Assembly: GCF_006345805.1 (NCBI RefSeq)
Contig: NC_043004.1
Span: 32,550,001 to 32,614,000 of the forward strand
Direction of reading: 5' to 3'
Source of the DNA: Octopus sinensis
Taxonomy: Eukaryota
DNA: 64,000 nucleotides
Below are positions 1 through 12,297 of the stretch, in pieces. The notes below the pieces were generated by a model. The model saw only the letters and a list, made by a program, of their open reading frames with translations, ran no database searches and was not told the origin of the DNA. The position numbers and the translations under genes were made by a program. Numbering within the stretch: the first letter of the stretch is position 1; each line of letters begins with the position of its first letter.

Positions 1-170
1 ATTGGTGTTGGTGTGTTTACGTCCACATAACTTAGCAGTTCAGCAAATAGGTCACATACCAGGCAAAAAATTAAAAAGAATTAAGTCTTGCAGGTGATTC
101 ATTCAACTAAAAATTCTTCAAAGTGGTGCCACAGTCTAATGACTGAAACAAGTAAAAAATGTAAAATAAA
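1..170 (+). mobile_element. 3' part of SINE family B (CORE-like SINE)
   Basis: Matches the 3' half of the fuller copy at 44178-44570 (ggtgtgtttacgtc..taacttagc..gactgaaacaagtaaaa). Confidence 0.75.
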
Positions 171-294
171 CATGCAGAGAAGAAATATATTCCATTCAAT
201 CCGTTTTCGATTATGGTAGGGACAAATTTCGCTCTGGCAGGATTTGATCCCAGAAAAGCTATTGAACGGCATTTAGTCCAGCCCTCCACTAATT

Positions 295-500
295 AATATT
301 GGCTTAAACTTTTGACACAAGGCCAGCAATTTGAGGGGAGGGGGTAAGTTGATTACATTGACCTCCAGCATTCAATTGGTTCATACTTTATTGGCCTCAA
401 AAACAGTAAAAAGCAAAGTCGACCTTGATGGAATTTGAACTCAGAATGTCAAGACGGATGAAATGCCACTCAGTGTCCTAATGGTTCTGCCAAGTCCCTC
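295..500 (-). mobile_element. Degenerate SINE family A copy
   Basis: Reverse complement of the family A body (aaagtcgacc..ggaatttgaactcagaa) with the short cccctcccc-type tail. Confidence 0.75.
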
Positions 501-613
501 TCCACACCCGCTTTTCAAGCCTCTGATATTCAGCGCGCTCAGAGTAATGCAATTGTTTGTAATTAATTATCGATCATTTGTTATAATTGAACGAGTCTTT
601 AATTGCTCCGATA

Positions 614-761
614 TGTATATTTGTATATGTGTATGTATACATGCATAAGTGTATGTATGTGTGTGTGCGTCTGTGTGTATATAAATATATGTATGTATGT
701 ATATATATATATATATTATATATATATATATATAATATATATATATATATATGTGTATATA

Positions 762-792
<31 letters not shown>

Positions 793-939
793 GATGTATG
801 TATGTATAAATATGTATGTATGTATGTGTGTGTGTATACATATGCATATGTATATGAGTATCATCATCATCATCGTTTAACGTCCGCTTTCCATTTATAT
901 ATCCAGATTACATACATTTCATATGTATATGTATATGTA

Positions 940-970
<31 letters not shown>

Positions 971-1060
971 GTGTGTATCTATATGTATACAGGCACACAC
1001 GCACACAGATATGCATACATGCATCATTGTGTGCGTATGTATGTATTTATGTGTGTGTAT
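614..1060. repeat. Compound TA/TG/TATG microsatellite
   Basis: Direct reading; source of the YI/CV pseudo-ORFs. Confidence 0.95.
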
Positions 1061-1623
1061 TGCTATTAAATGTATTACGTATACACACTAATTACACATT
1101 GATAGAATCGCAACTCACTCGGTGTTCTTCTGTAAACATTGCTGTCATGGCAACGGATTGAAATTGAATGAGACAAGCAGTAATTAAATGCAAATAATTG
1201 CAAATAAAATTGAAAACAAAATAAAGTAAATTAAAATAAAACAAAAAGCAAAATAATAATTTTTTTTGTTTTTTTTGTTTGGAGGGAATTCAGTGCAGTG
1301 TATCGATGAAGTATCAAATTCTGTGGCACAGATAATTAGTTCAGTCTTCGTTTAAATTTGATTTCCTTCAATTGGCAACAAGAAGCAGCCATGTGTTGTC
1401 TCTCATAAGACATGTAAAGGTGTCTGACTGCTCGGTCTTAGCAGGAATATGAACCCATTTGTTTCGTGTAGACCAGCATTTACTGAAATTCGCAGCAAAG
1501 AAATTGTAATGTCTTTGTAGAGAAGATACACTTTGAGAAATTGCTGAGTGTCTTTCATAGTAATGGAAGAGAATTTGTTACTGCAGTATATAAATATACA
1601 TACATACATACATACATACATTA

Positions 1624-2125
1624 TCATCATCATCATTGTTTAACGTCCGTTTTCCATGCTAGCATGGGTTGGATGGTTTGACCGGGGTCTGGGAAGCCAG
1701 GAGGCTGCACCAGGCTCCAGTCTGATCTGGCAGTGTTTCTACAGCTGGATGCCCTTCCTAACGCCAACCACTCTGAGAGTGTAGTGGGTACTTTTTACAT
1801 GCCACCGGCACAGGGGCCAAATGAGGCTGGCAAATGGCCATGATCGGTTGGTGCTTTTACATGTCACCAACACAGACGCCAGTCAGGTGGCGCTGGCATC
1901 TTCCACATTCAGACGGTGCTTTTAAAGTGTCACCTGCACGGGTATCTTAACTATAATTTCCATTTGATTTTCATTTTGATGTTGGTGTTAATGTACTTGA
2001 CTCAATAGGTCTCCTCAAGAACAGCGGGTCACTCTATGATCCAAGGTTTGCACAGCAGGCCATCCTACGACCCATGAACTCACTTTATTTGTTGGGTCTT
2101 CGAAGTCACAGCATATCTCCAGAGT
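1624..2125 (-). mobile_element. Retroposon family D (RTE-type 3' end, (GAT)n tail)
   Basis: ggatgcccttcctaacgccaacc motif and (CAT)n next to cgtttaacgtccg; the same family is at 2520, 5935, 9895 and 62875. Confidence 0.7.
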
Positions 2126-2519
2126 ATATATGTATGTGCGTATGTATATACCAGGGACATGCTGCCTAGGTAGGCAAGGTAGGCTGTGCCTACTCTGAAT
2201 AAAATAGATCAATAGTAATATTTTCCTTTTATGGCATAATATGTATCTAATTCAATAACATTATGAAGGTTACTCAGATTACTATGCATAAAATACAAAA
2301 TATTTTTTTTTTTTGCAGATTAGGCAGGCATAATTCATCCCTGCTTTTTAATCTCAGTATTTAAACTACGTATAGGACTGCTGTAGTACATGTGCTGCGT
2401 ACACTCCTACAACACCGTTTTCTTTATGTTCTATAAAGGCAGAAGTAAATCTACCTTCAACTCAGTCACACAGCTATGTTTTGCTTATTTTTTGTGTGTT
2501 TTACTACATAAAAAGCACT

Positions 2520-3072
2520 GTTTGTGTGTTGGGCCTCATGGAGGCAGTGATGTCAATCTGAGTGAGACGTAGTCATGGCCAGTGTTGTGTAAAGGGCCCA
2601 TTAAAAGCACCCTTCAGTTGGTAAGGAATAATGCTGGGCCTGTGAAGACCTGTTGGACCAAGTGACATCATAGTTGTGGCTGATGACAGTGCCATCTGAC
2701 TGGTACCTGCTGTACTGGTGGCTCATAAAAAGCACCGTTTGAGCATTGGCCCTCATGGAGGCAGTGACAGGTGACCAAAACCCTTGGCAATATACTGGGC
2801 TAGTGTTGACCTGTCAAGCCAAGTGAGACCATAGTTGTGGCTGATGCCAGTGTTAGGTCGATGGCATGTAAAAAGCACCCCCTACACTCTCAGAGTGGTT
2901 GGTGTTAGGAAGGGCATCCAGCCATAGAGACCTTGACAAATCAGATTGGAACCCGATGTAGCCCCCTGGCTTACCAGTTTTCAGTCAAACTGTCCAACCA
3001 TACCAGCATGGAAAGTGGACATTAAACGATGATGATGATGATGATAATGATGATGATGATGATGATGATGAT
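2520..3072 (+). mobile_element. Retroposon family D with internal tandem sub-repeats
   Basis: ggttggtgttaggaagggcatccagc..acattaaac(GAT)n 3' end; repeated gggcctcatggaggcagtga and catagttgtggctgatg blocks. Confidence 0.7.
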
Positions 3073-3601
3073 ACATACATACTTACATATCTTTAGCTTG
3101 TAGGTGGTTTATATGGTAGCAGATATGGTAAAATCACGATGGGGTGGTGCATGAATAGTCACAGCTTGGTTTGGCCCCTAATCTTGTCGGACGACAACCA
3201 TTTAGTGAGTCTCCACAGACTGCTGGATGATCATGTGAACAGGGCTTCAGTAATTATCAAAAATTTTTGTCCTTGGGTTACATTTCCCAAATCAGGTTGT
3301 GCACGATGTAGTGTCCTTCATGCTGCAAAATATTTCAATTATTTCCCTCGCCTCATGCTTTAGTCAAATGACTTGAAGTTGATCATTTAAGTCTGATGAC
3401 TTCAAAGTCAATCAAAATTAATTATTGATGTTTTGTTAATTTACTTGTGTACTTTCGAAACTCAAAATGTCATCCAATTAACGAGCAATAAATACCGAAG
3501 AAGTCTCTTGACTGCTTCTTGACTGGTCTTTTGAAGCAATCAAGAGACCAATTAAATTTGTGAGCTTCAAGATAATATAATTTAACTTTAATTAAAAGTA
3601 G

Positions 3602-3640
3602 TAAATGTTGTGTCATGGGAGGTTCATTATGCTAACAATG

Positions 3641-3689
<49 letters not shown>

Positions 3690-4070
3690 GTTCAATATCA
3701 CTTCTTTGTGGTCAGTTAACTGGTTGAATATCTAATCAACTAATTAACTGATTGTTTGTTTAATGTGTTGGTTTAACAATCAATTGATTGTATTTTTAGT
3801 CAAAGTTCTTCTGTTGCTATCCATGACCATTTCAGTGACTTGCCTTCCCTCCTCAAGGTCAAAGCAAATTCAGTGACTTGTCTTCTCTTCTCAAGGTTTG
3901 ATCAAAGTGAATCTTGAAGAGAGACCACTTTAAACAAACAATTGATTAGTTAATTACATATTCAACCAATTGATTAACACTAAAGAAGTGATACCGAACC
4001 AATGTGTGTGTGTGTGTTTATTATCATTGACATAATGACCCTCCCAAGACACAAGATTTGTTTCAACACA
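3602..4070. repeat. Degenerate foldback (arms ~3602-3785 and ~3925-4070)
   Basis: tgtgtcatgggaggttcattatg..(CA)n..aactaattaactgattgtttgtttaa is mirrored as its reverse complement on the right. Confidence 0.7.
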
Positions 4071-4482
4071 CAAATTCACACCAAGAATCTTGCAAACCAA
4101 ATATGTAAATGAAGTAAAAGTAATATCTTCATAGCAATAAAGTAAATGTTGACTGTATGGTAAGTGTAACACATACTTTGCAATCTTGAGGTCCCAGGTT
4201 CAATTCTTCTATGTCACATTTTGGGCAGCTGTTATTTCCTGTGGATTCTGGTTGATGCATATCCTGGGATTGACAGCGAGAAATTGGAAACTGTAATGAA
4301 GCCTTTTGGATGGAATGTTCCTGTAATGCAAAAGATACAGCCTTGTCACTTGTGACATACTGATTCTGCTTGAGAATTACGTTAAGGGTTCACATGTCTG
4401 TGGAATACTCATCCACTTATGTTAGTTCAGGGACAGGTAATTCAGTTGAGATTAAACAACTGAATCCTCCTCTTCAAATGAT

Positions 4483-4514
<32 letters not shown>

Positions 4515-4628
4515 ATATATAATATATTACTTAAAATATATTATATGCATTATTTGCAATAAGCAAACTAGCTAGTTAGAAAAATCTCTGCAAAAGATGA
4601 AAGCAGTATTTATACTGAGAAGCTGTGG

Positions 4629-5085
4629 TTAATGCCACCAAAACATGGGTGTTCCCTAGGAACTGACAATACTGCTATTTTAACCCCAGGTGGACACCTC
4701 CTCCAGCTGATTATGCAGTGCACTCTGCACTCAATATATATTACAGGCAGGGAAAGAACTCCCTATTATTTTAGCCTTGAGACCACTGGACTATGGTTTC
4801 GACCTTTTTAAGGTCATCCTCAGTGATGAATACTCATCTGCACAAGATGGAGTGGACTACTGCTATGTCTAGCAAATAAGTATCCATCACCAAGGATGAC
4901 CATAAAGAGGTTGAAACCATATTCATGTGGTCTTGTGGCTAAAATAGTAGGGAGTTCTTTCCCTGCCTGTAATATATATTGAGTGCAGAGTGCACTGCAT
5001 AATCAGCTGGAAGAGGTGTCCACCTAGAGTTAAAAATAGCACTATCACTGGATCCTAGGGAACACCTGTATTTTGGTGGCATTAA
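4629..5085. mobile_element. Foldback element, ~215-bp arms, Penelope pLTR-like with hammerhead-like motif
   Basis: ttaatgccaccaaaa ... ttttggtggcattaa; the minus strand of the left arm reads CTGAGGA-T-GACC..GGTC-GAAA-CCA..TGG-TC. Confidence 0.65.
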
Positions 5086-5143
5086 ACATTATTTATAATA
5101 TAACATATTGAATTAATGATTATATATATATATATATATATGT

Positions 5144-5327
5144 ATTAATGGAACAAGGGCAAAAAAACGACCTCTCTCCAACATGCTTGAAAATGCCAAA
5201 GCATTCAGATACCACTGAAAAACTCCCATATATATATATATTTGGGAATTTTTTGGTAGTATCTGAATGCCTCAGCATTTTCAAGCATGTTGGAGAGAGG
5301 TGTTTTTTTTGCTCTTGTTCCCTTAAT
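5144..5327. repeat. Foldback with ~85-bp arms and (TA)n spacer
   Basis: acctctctccaacatgcttgaaaatg / cattttcaagcatgttggagagaggt. Confidence 0.8.
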
Positions 5328-5530
5328 ATAACTACAGATATTTATATAATTATTAATTCAATGTATAAATTACCTATAAATTTTTATAGCATGCTGACTA
5401 CCTGATAAAAATCATTAACGTGATTTTATCCTTTTATTCTATGATATATATATATATATATATATCGATAAAAATGGTAAGACAATGAAAGAAAGGAAGA
5501 GACCTTGATATTATGTAAATAGAGGAATTT

Positions 5531-5755
5531 ATCTGTAAATGTAATATGTGACAATTATTCGGTAGCCATGATAAAACTCCGAGTTTCAGATGCCAAGGGG
5601 GAAATCCATGCCACCATCTCTTCAGTTATCCGGCCATCGGAAAAATGCAGATGACCGGATAACTGAAGAGATGGCGGTGGATTTTCACCTCGGCATCCGA
5701 AACTCTGAGTTTTATCATGGGTACGGGATAATTGTCACACATTACATTTACAGAT
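5531..5755. mobile_element. Foldback element, ~108-bp arms, each with a hammerhead-like motif
   Basis: atctgtaaatgtaatatgtgacaatt ... aattgtcacacattacatttacagat; related copy at 43626-43796. Confidence 0.75.
5658..5716 (+). ncRNA. Putative type I hammerhead ribozyme motif
   Basis: GATAA CTGAAGA GATG..CATC C GAAA CTC-T-GAG TT TTATC: stem I GATAA/TTATC, canonical core, extended stem II with 1-nt bulge, near-loopless stem III, GUU triplet. Confidence 0.55.
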
Positions 5756-5799
5756 ATATATATATATAATATATATATATATATTATATATATTATATA

Positions 5800-5848
<49 letters not shown>

Positions 5849-5934
5849 TATATATATACATATACATATATATATATATAAAACATACATATTATATAAT
5901 ATTTATAATATATGTGTAATATACATTTAAGTGA

Positions 5935-6202
5935 AATTGTAGTCGTGGCCGATGCTGGTGCCACATCATTGGCACCTGTGCCAGCGACACACAGAAGCAC
6001 CCGTGCCAGTGATACATTGCAAGCACCTGTGCCAGTGACACGTTAAAAGCTCCCATTACCCTCTTGGAGTGGTTGGTATTAGGAATGGCATCCAGCTGTA
6101 GAAACCATGCCAAACCAGACTGGAACCTGGTGTAGCTCTTCAGCACAACAGTTCCAGTCAAACTGTCCAACCCATGCCAGCAAGGAAAGCAGATGCTAAA
6201 TA

Positions 6203-6235
<33 letters not shown>
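5935..6235 (+). mobile_element. Retroposon family D
   Basis: ggttggtattaggaatggcatccagctgtagaaac..(GAT)n. Confidence 0.7.
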
Positions 6236-6237
<2 letters not shown>

Positions 6238-6308
6238 TATAATGTGTGTACTACAGATGTATAGCATAATATATTATTTGATATCTCATCTCCCATAAAG
6301 ATGGATGA

Positions 6309-6356
<48 letters not shown>

Positions 6357-6609
6357 TGTGTTTTTAATAATATCTTCATCACAAATAACAAAACCAGATC
6401 AAAACAGGTCCATTATTTATTTAAGATTATTTATGGAAATTTTTTTTTTCCAATCTCTTTGATGGTTTTGGTAAAACGAAAGGTCATGCAGTGCGCCTGA
6501 CCTTTTCTGGTGACATCAATGGGAAGATGTAGTTGATAGTTATCCTGATTATCTGTCAGTGGACAATGGCAAGGAAAAACATGGCACAAAGGGATTGACC
6601 AAGGATTGA

Positions 6610-7012
6610 CGTCATGAGGAGGGGGAGGAATGGATTAAGTGGTTAGTGTGGAGGGGGAGGGAGAGAAGGGCAGTGTGGGTGATGAGAGGAGGAAGAGGAA
6701 GAGGAAGAAGAGATGCAGAAGAGATAAAACTGTGTGGAGGGGAGGCCAAACAGTTCCTTAGAGAGAGAGAGACAGGGAGGGAGAGAGAAAGAGAGGGGGA
6801 GAGAGAGAAGGACAGTATGGGTGATGAGAGGAGGAAGGGGAAGAAGAAGAGTTGAGGAAGAGGAAGAAGAAGAGATGAGGAGGAAGAAGAGATTAGGAGA
6901 GAGAGAGAGAGAAGATAAGAGGAGGACCAATCATAAATTGCCAGAAATACAAGTGGGAAGAGAGAAAAGAAGTAGGCATCTCAAAACCATTTTAGAAATA
7001 GATGGAGAATAG
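6610..7012. repeat. Purine-rich low-complexity tract (GA/GGA/GAA)
   Basis: Direct reading. Confidence 0.85.
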
Positions 7013-7282
7013 GAAAACACAAAGCAATGAACCATTTCTGTCAATTTTTAAACAATAAATTCAATGGAAAGTTAAGAATTGTGCCAAGATAGAAACAAAA
7101 GGTTTCACTGGGTCAAAGGTCAGTGGTGGCATCTACAATTTCCTGCCAAAGTCAAAATGAAAATGGAACTTAGAACATGGACAACTTTGGTTGAAGTTGT
7201 TGACCATTTTCTTGGGAACCACAAAACTGAAAACTATTGAGAATTGGTAGATATCATGTTGGATATCTACCAATAAAATTAA

Positions 7283-7515
7283 AGGCTGCGAGCTGGTAGA
7301 ACCATTAGCACACCCGGGCAAAATGCATAGCTGTATTTCGTCTGCTGTTACGTTCTGGGTTTAAATTCCGCTGAGGTCGACTTTGCCTTTCATCCTTTCG
7401 GGGTCGATAAATTAAGTACCAGTTACACACTGGGGTCGATATAATCGACTTAATCCGTTTGTCTGTCCTTGTTTGTCTTCTCTGTGTTTAGCCCCTTGTG
7501 GGTAGTAAAGAAATA
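7283..7515 (+). mobile_element. SINE family A monomer (tRNA-like head, long tail)
   Basis: A-box-like gctggtagaaccattag, B-box-like ggtttaaattcc, body gaggtcgactttgcctttcatcctttcggggtcgataaattaagtaccag. Confidence 0.85.
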
Positions 7516-7578
7516 GGTAGATGTCACCTTATGAAAGAATAAGGTGTAAGAGTTCTCTGAAATGGTTTACATTCTCAC

Positions 7579-7711
7579 CTTGCCATCTTCGGTACTGCAA
7601 ACGACTAATATGGTGAGTGTTTTCACTCATAGAATTCCATCATCAAGGCAATTTCAACTGGAATGTTGTGGGTGGCTATTGTTGGTTCCTGTAGATTCAG
7701 AGGTCTTCATT
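7579..7711 (-). other. Candidate spliced exon (5'UTR with possible ATG at 7586, or non-coding)
   Basis: Minus-strand acceptor ctctcttcttttatcatttgcag and donor CAAG|gtgaga; all three frames have stops except the terminal ATG GCA AG. Confidence 0.3.
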
Positions 7712-8959
7712 CTGCAAATGATAAAAGAAGAGAGTAGACCAAAGTGGCACTTCACAATGGGAATCTGTCTTTTGATAGAAAGAATTTAATGTCTACAGGG
7801 TTTCACTGGATGGTTGGGTTCCAGGTGTGAAACCTCCACCAATGACATGCCAGTCTGAACCAGAAGAAAGGAGAAAGGACCATCCTGTCAACATTATTTA
7901 GATATTTAAAGATGGTAAATTAACAGAATCGGTTCCAGACCAACTTTGGCAGCATTTCTTCCAGCTTTACATTGTCAGTTCAAATGCTGCCAGAGACTAC
8001 ATTGCCTTTCAGTACCAGTTGCATACTGGGGTTGATGACATCGAATTATCACGTCTGCCAAAATTGCTGGCCTTGTGTCAAAATTTGAAACCAACATTAT
8101 TTAAATAAGACTAACTTAAAATGTGGTTCAGGAAAGTAGCATTTCTCTGTTCACACAATAGAAGCTGGAGAGCGGGGGGAGGGGGAGAAAATGGTGGTGG
8201 TGGTGGTGAAGGTGGTGGCAACAGTGGTGATGGTAGTGGTGGTGGTGGTGGTGGTAGTAATGGTGGTGTGGTGGTGATGGCAGCGGCAACAGCAGTGATG
8301 GTCGGTCTTTTGTTACAGAAAATCTGGATGTCAGAGGGAAATTTGGTTATCTGAGTTGAGCATCACTGCTGTGGTAGGAAATGGTAGTTTACATGTCTGT
8401 AACAGAGAAAAGAAAAAAACGAGTAAACATTGAAATTTGTTTCCCAGTGTTATTGGATTGAGCACTGACGGGAGGGGGGGGGGAGAAACATCTATTCAAT
8501 TGCTTGGTAAAGTTTTAATCCTATTTTGTAGCCATTCCTGTTGTTGTTGCTAAAAAAAAACAAAAGTCAGCTAAACTATAAAGACAAAACTATAAAAAAT
8601 AACGAGACATTTGATATTTTGTATATTTTCCAGTTTGAATCAAAAATAGCCTGGCACAGTTGATGTTTGTGAGATTTTCAGGCTAAATTGTTTAGAAGAC
8701 AGCATAAATGTGATATGGTGGTCAGTGCTTTAATGTCAAATAAAAAAATCTGAACAAGTGGAATGTTCTGAGCTACTCTCTATGGAGTCTTGACCTGCTA
8801 GAAATAATAACCAAATCTCCATCAAACCAGTCCATTGCTTTAAAACAATGAAAGAAAAAAATGAATGGTAAAGCGGATTTGTTTTCGTTGCAGATATTAT
8901 GTCATGCTTAAGTAAAATAATGGGGAATTTCTTTGATTATTGGTCTATTCACTGGATAT

Positions 8960-9390
8960 TTATTTGGTGCTCTACCGATTCTGCTAGTTTGCTATTTCTA
9001 CACTAGGCACAAGGCCTTGAAAATTTGCGGGGAAGGGGACTAGTTGATAATATCAAACCCAGTGTGTGACTGGTACTTAGTTCATTGACCCCGAAGGGAT
9101 GAATGGCAAAGTCGATCACAGCGGAATTTGAACTTAGAACATAGCGGCAGACGAAATACCTATTTCTTTACTACCCACAAGGGGCTAAACACAGAGAGGA
9201 CAAACAGGGACAGACAAACAGATTAAGTCGATTATATTGACCCCAGCGTGTAACTGGTACTTATTTAATCGACCCTGAAAGGATGAAAGGCAAAGTCGCC
9301 CTCGGCGGAATTTGAACTCAGAATGTAGCAGCAGACGAAATACTGCTAAGCATTTTACCTGGCATGCTAATGATTCTGCCAGCTCACTAC
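8960..9390 (-). mobile_element. SINE family A dimer
   Basis: Two bodies joined at gaaatacctatttc (9153-9166). Confidence 0.8.
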
Positions 9391-11202
9391 CTTTTTCTAT
9401 CTAATAATGAAATGTAAAAACCTTGGATATGAAAAACAACTTTGAAATTCATAAAGGATTTTTATTTTTATTTTTATTAAGATTTCTATTTAAAGGGAAG
9501 TCATCCACCAATTGGTGTCACTGGCGCCCTCTTGTGTAAAAACATGTCATTCTGAGAGGAAATTAAAATCACGAAAGTGGTTTTGCATAGACAAAGAGAT
9601 TAAAAATCAAATTTGATGGGGAAAAAAATAAAGCAAACATCGTATTGTTATAAATGATTCAAGTCTTGTGATGTGGTTAGAATTTTAGAATGATTGGAAT
9701 AAAAGGTAGATAGATTCTTGTTCTCCACCTCATTAAAAGTTAAACTCAATTAAGAAGTTAATTAGAACAACAGTAGATAACAAAGAAAACTTCAAAAGAC
9801 ATCTAAGTCTAATTAGTTAAGACTAAACTATATTTTTAACCAATATACTAAGCTCGACCACTCAATTATGTCTTGTCTGTAAGTTACTTGGAGAAGTCAC
9901 TAATTCCAGTGTTATGGAAAAGTACCCAGCGGAGCACTCTGTTAAGTTGTTGGTGTTAGGAAGGGCATCCAGCCATGGCAACTCTGCTAAAACAGAGAAT
10001 GGAGCTTGATGCAGACGTTTGACTTGATGGATTCAATCAAACCATCCAAACCGTACCGGAATGAAATCAGATGCTAAATAATAACGATGATGATGATAAA
10101 TTCTGCCAACAGACGTGTCTATCCTTAATATCATCATCAACACTTAATGTCTGTTTTCTATGGTGGCATGGGTTGGATGGTTTTAATATCATTAATCATA
10201 GAGTTTCTTCTGCTTTCTAAGCAAGCCAATTTAAACATCATACATTCTAAGAAACTACAAATTAGAAATAAAATCTGTTAGCATTTTTAGTCCCCCTGTT
10301 CATGAATTCTTTCAGTAACGTTACTAGTCAAGCCCAGGGGTCAATATGATGGAGTGTACTTTCTCTCAAATTGTGTGGCCTTTTGCCAGATGTAGAAATC
10401 AATGCCATATTCCCTTCAAAACAATTGATCTTAGAAGAAAGAAGTGACATATTTGTATTTTCACTGACGTTTAATCAATCTAAATAAAAATATTGAAGTT
10501 TTACTTTCCTTCCTCCAAAAAATAGAGAGTGATAATATTTGCCGAGTGACCACATTTTCTGAAGTTGCCTTTCTCATTGAATTTTATTATTAAATTCATA
10601 TGATTTCGAACCCAAGAGTGTAGAAATTGTAGCCAAATCTCCCTTCAATCATACTGTTCAAAACAGAAGGACTCATTTTATAATATAGTCTTAGATATGC
10701 AATGTATGAACAAGGACAAAATGAAAAGCCTTTGGTCACAGGTTTTTCTTTTATCAGGATACTCTGGTGTGTGTTTAGGTATAATTTCAGCCATCTGTTA
10801 AACTTAAAAATATTAAACAATAATCGTAAAACTAAAAAAAATAAATGAACGTTACAAAAAAGAAAAATAAATGACAATAAATAATACATAAATTAGCCGG
10901 AAAAATTGATTGAAAAAATTTTAGTACAAGGGAAATAATCAGGTTAACTTTTAAGCGGGTTAATTAAGTTATTCCCCTTATCTTGTATTTTTTTTTTCTT
11001 TCGTGAAAGACAAATAGAAAATTATTTTTTTAATTGTTTTCGTCCAGAGATTTTGGTGACTTTCTGGAGAAGATACATCAAGAATTGCAATGTTTTTGGT
11101 CGGGAATATGAAGAACCAGAACGAAATGTTTGCGGAGACACGGGAGAGTTTCTCGAGTAATTATCATTATTTGTAAAATATGTAAATGGTGATAAGTATA
11201 GC

Positions 11203-11238
<36 letters not shown>

Positions 11239-11295
11239 CAAAGAGAGGCAGAGAACAATAGATCAATGGTTAGAGACAGGAATGGATAAAGCTAG

Positions 11296-11337
<42 letters not shown>

Positions 11338-11389
11338 GGCGTGGTGGGGAGAATTCACAAAAAAATTAAAAGGCGAGAACAGGTAATGT

Positions 11390-11520
11390 AGACAAACAGA
11401 TGTATTAGTTTAACGCTCGGGAAGTGAAAAAGTCTTTAACGTTTCGAGCCTACGCTCTTCTACAGAAAGAAACAGGAGAGAAAATAAAGAATGTGTAGTG
11501 GCTAGCAACCTATCACGAGG
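11390..11520 (-). mobile_element. Penelope-pLTR-like dispersed repeat with variant hammerhead motif (11433-11470)
   Basis: Homologous to 21715-21880 and 46320-46440; minus strand reads TCTTT CTGTAGA A GAGC gtag GCTC GAAA CG TT AAAGA. Confidence 0.55.
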
Positions 11521-11524
11521 AATC

Positions 11525-11567
<43 letters not shown>

Positions 11568-12297
11568 ATTTAGATTCAAATACTACTTGATTTGAAAGCT
11601 TTTGTATTATTGGCTGAAGAGCACTCAGCATCTTAAATCTGCTGTAATACTTACAACTTTTAATAAAATGTTGTAGTGCGAAACAATTGTACCAAATTAC
11701 CAGAGTCATTCTTGTTGCTTATTTTTGAGTATATATAAATATATATATATATATACACATATATATAAATGTTAGCAGATAGAACAAATAGATAGATCGA
11801 TAAATAGGGCCTATTTTATATTCTAAATGAAGTGATGCAACGTGTTGTCATCAGTGAAGATCGCCATTGAACTGTATCGACATTTCTTGAGGAATTCACA
11901 ACATTGTGGACGATAAGAGCCCACAGTTTTTATCCTAAAGTATCTGAGTTCAAATGTGACCGACGGAGGTCAAATTTACAACCAGAGTAAATAAGAGAAA
12001 TACCAGTAATATATTCGAGTCAACGTGGGAACCTGTACGTGGTCGTTTGACTGTTGGATGTAGCTGTTAATTCTTCCATTTGTCTTGGAGTATGAAAGGT
12101 AATTTAAACAAAACGTACATTATTGCTGGATGGCCATAACTGGAAACCTTTATCTTAGACCTTATCAATCCAGACTTTCGTAGGCTGAAGCACCACCACC
12201 ACTACCACCACCAGCAGCAGCAGCAGCAGCAGCAGCCAGTACAATATATTGTTTAATACAACAAAAATACTATTATTGGTTGGGTCCAAAAGTCAGC

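Noticed and set aside
1403-1580. Minus-strand open frames downstream of a weak acceptor
   Set aside because: Two frames are open, there is no recognisable homology, and the polypyrimidine tract is poor.
9153-9166. Hammerhead at the SINE A junction (GAAA-TA-CC-TA-TT)
   Set aside because: A stem III-like palindrome is present, but the upstream core would be CTCAGAA and stem II is weak, so it does not meet the consensus.
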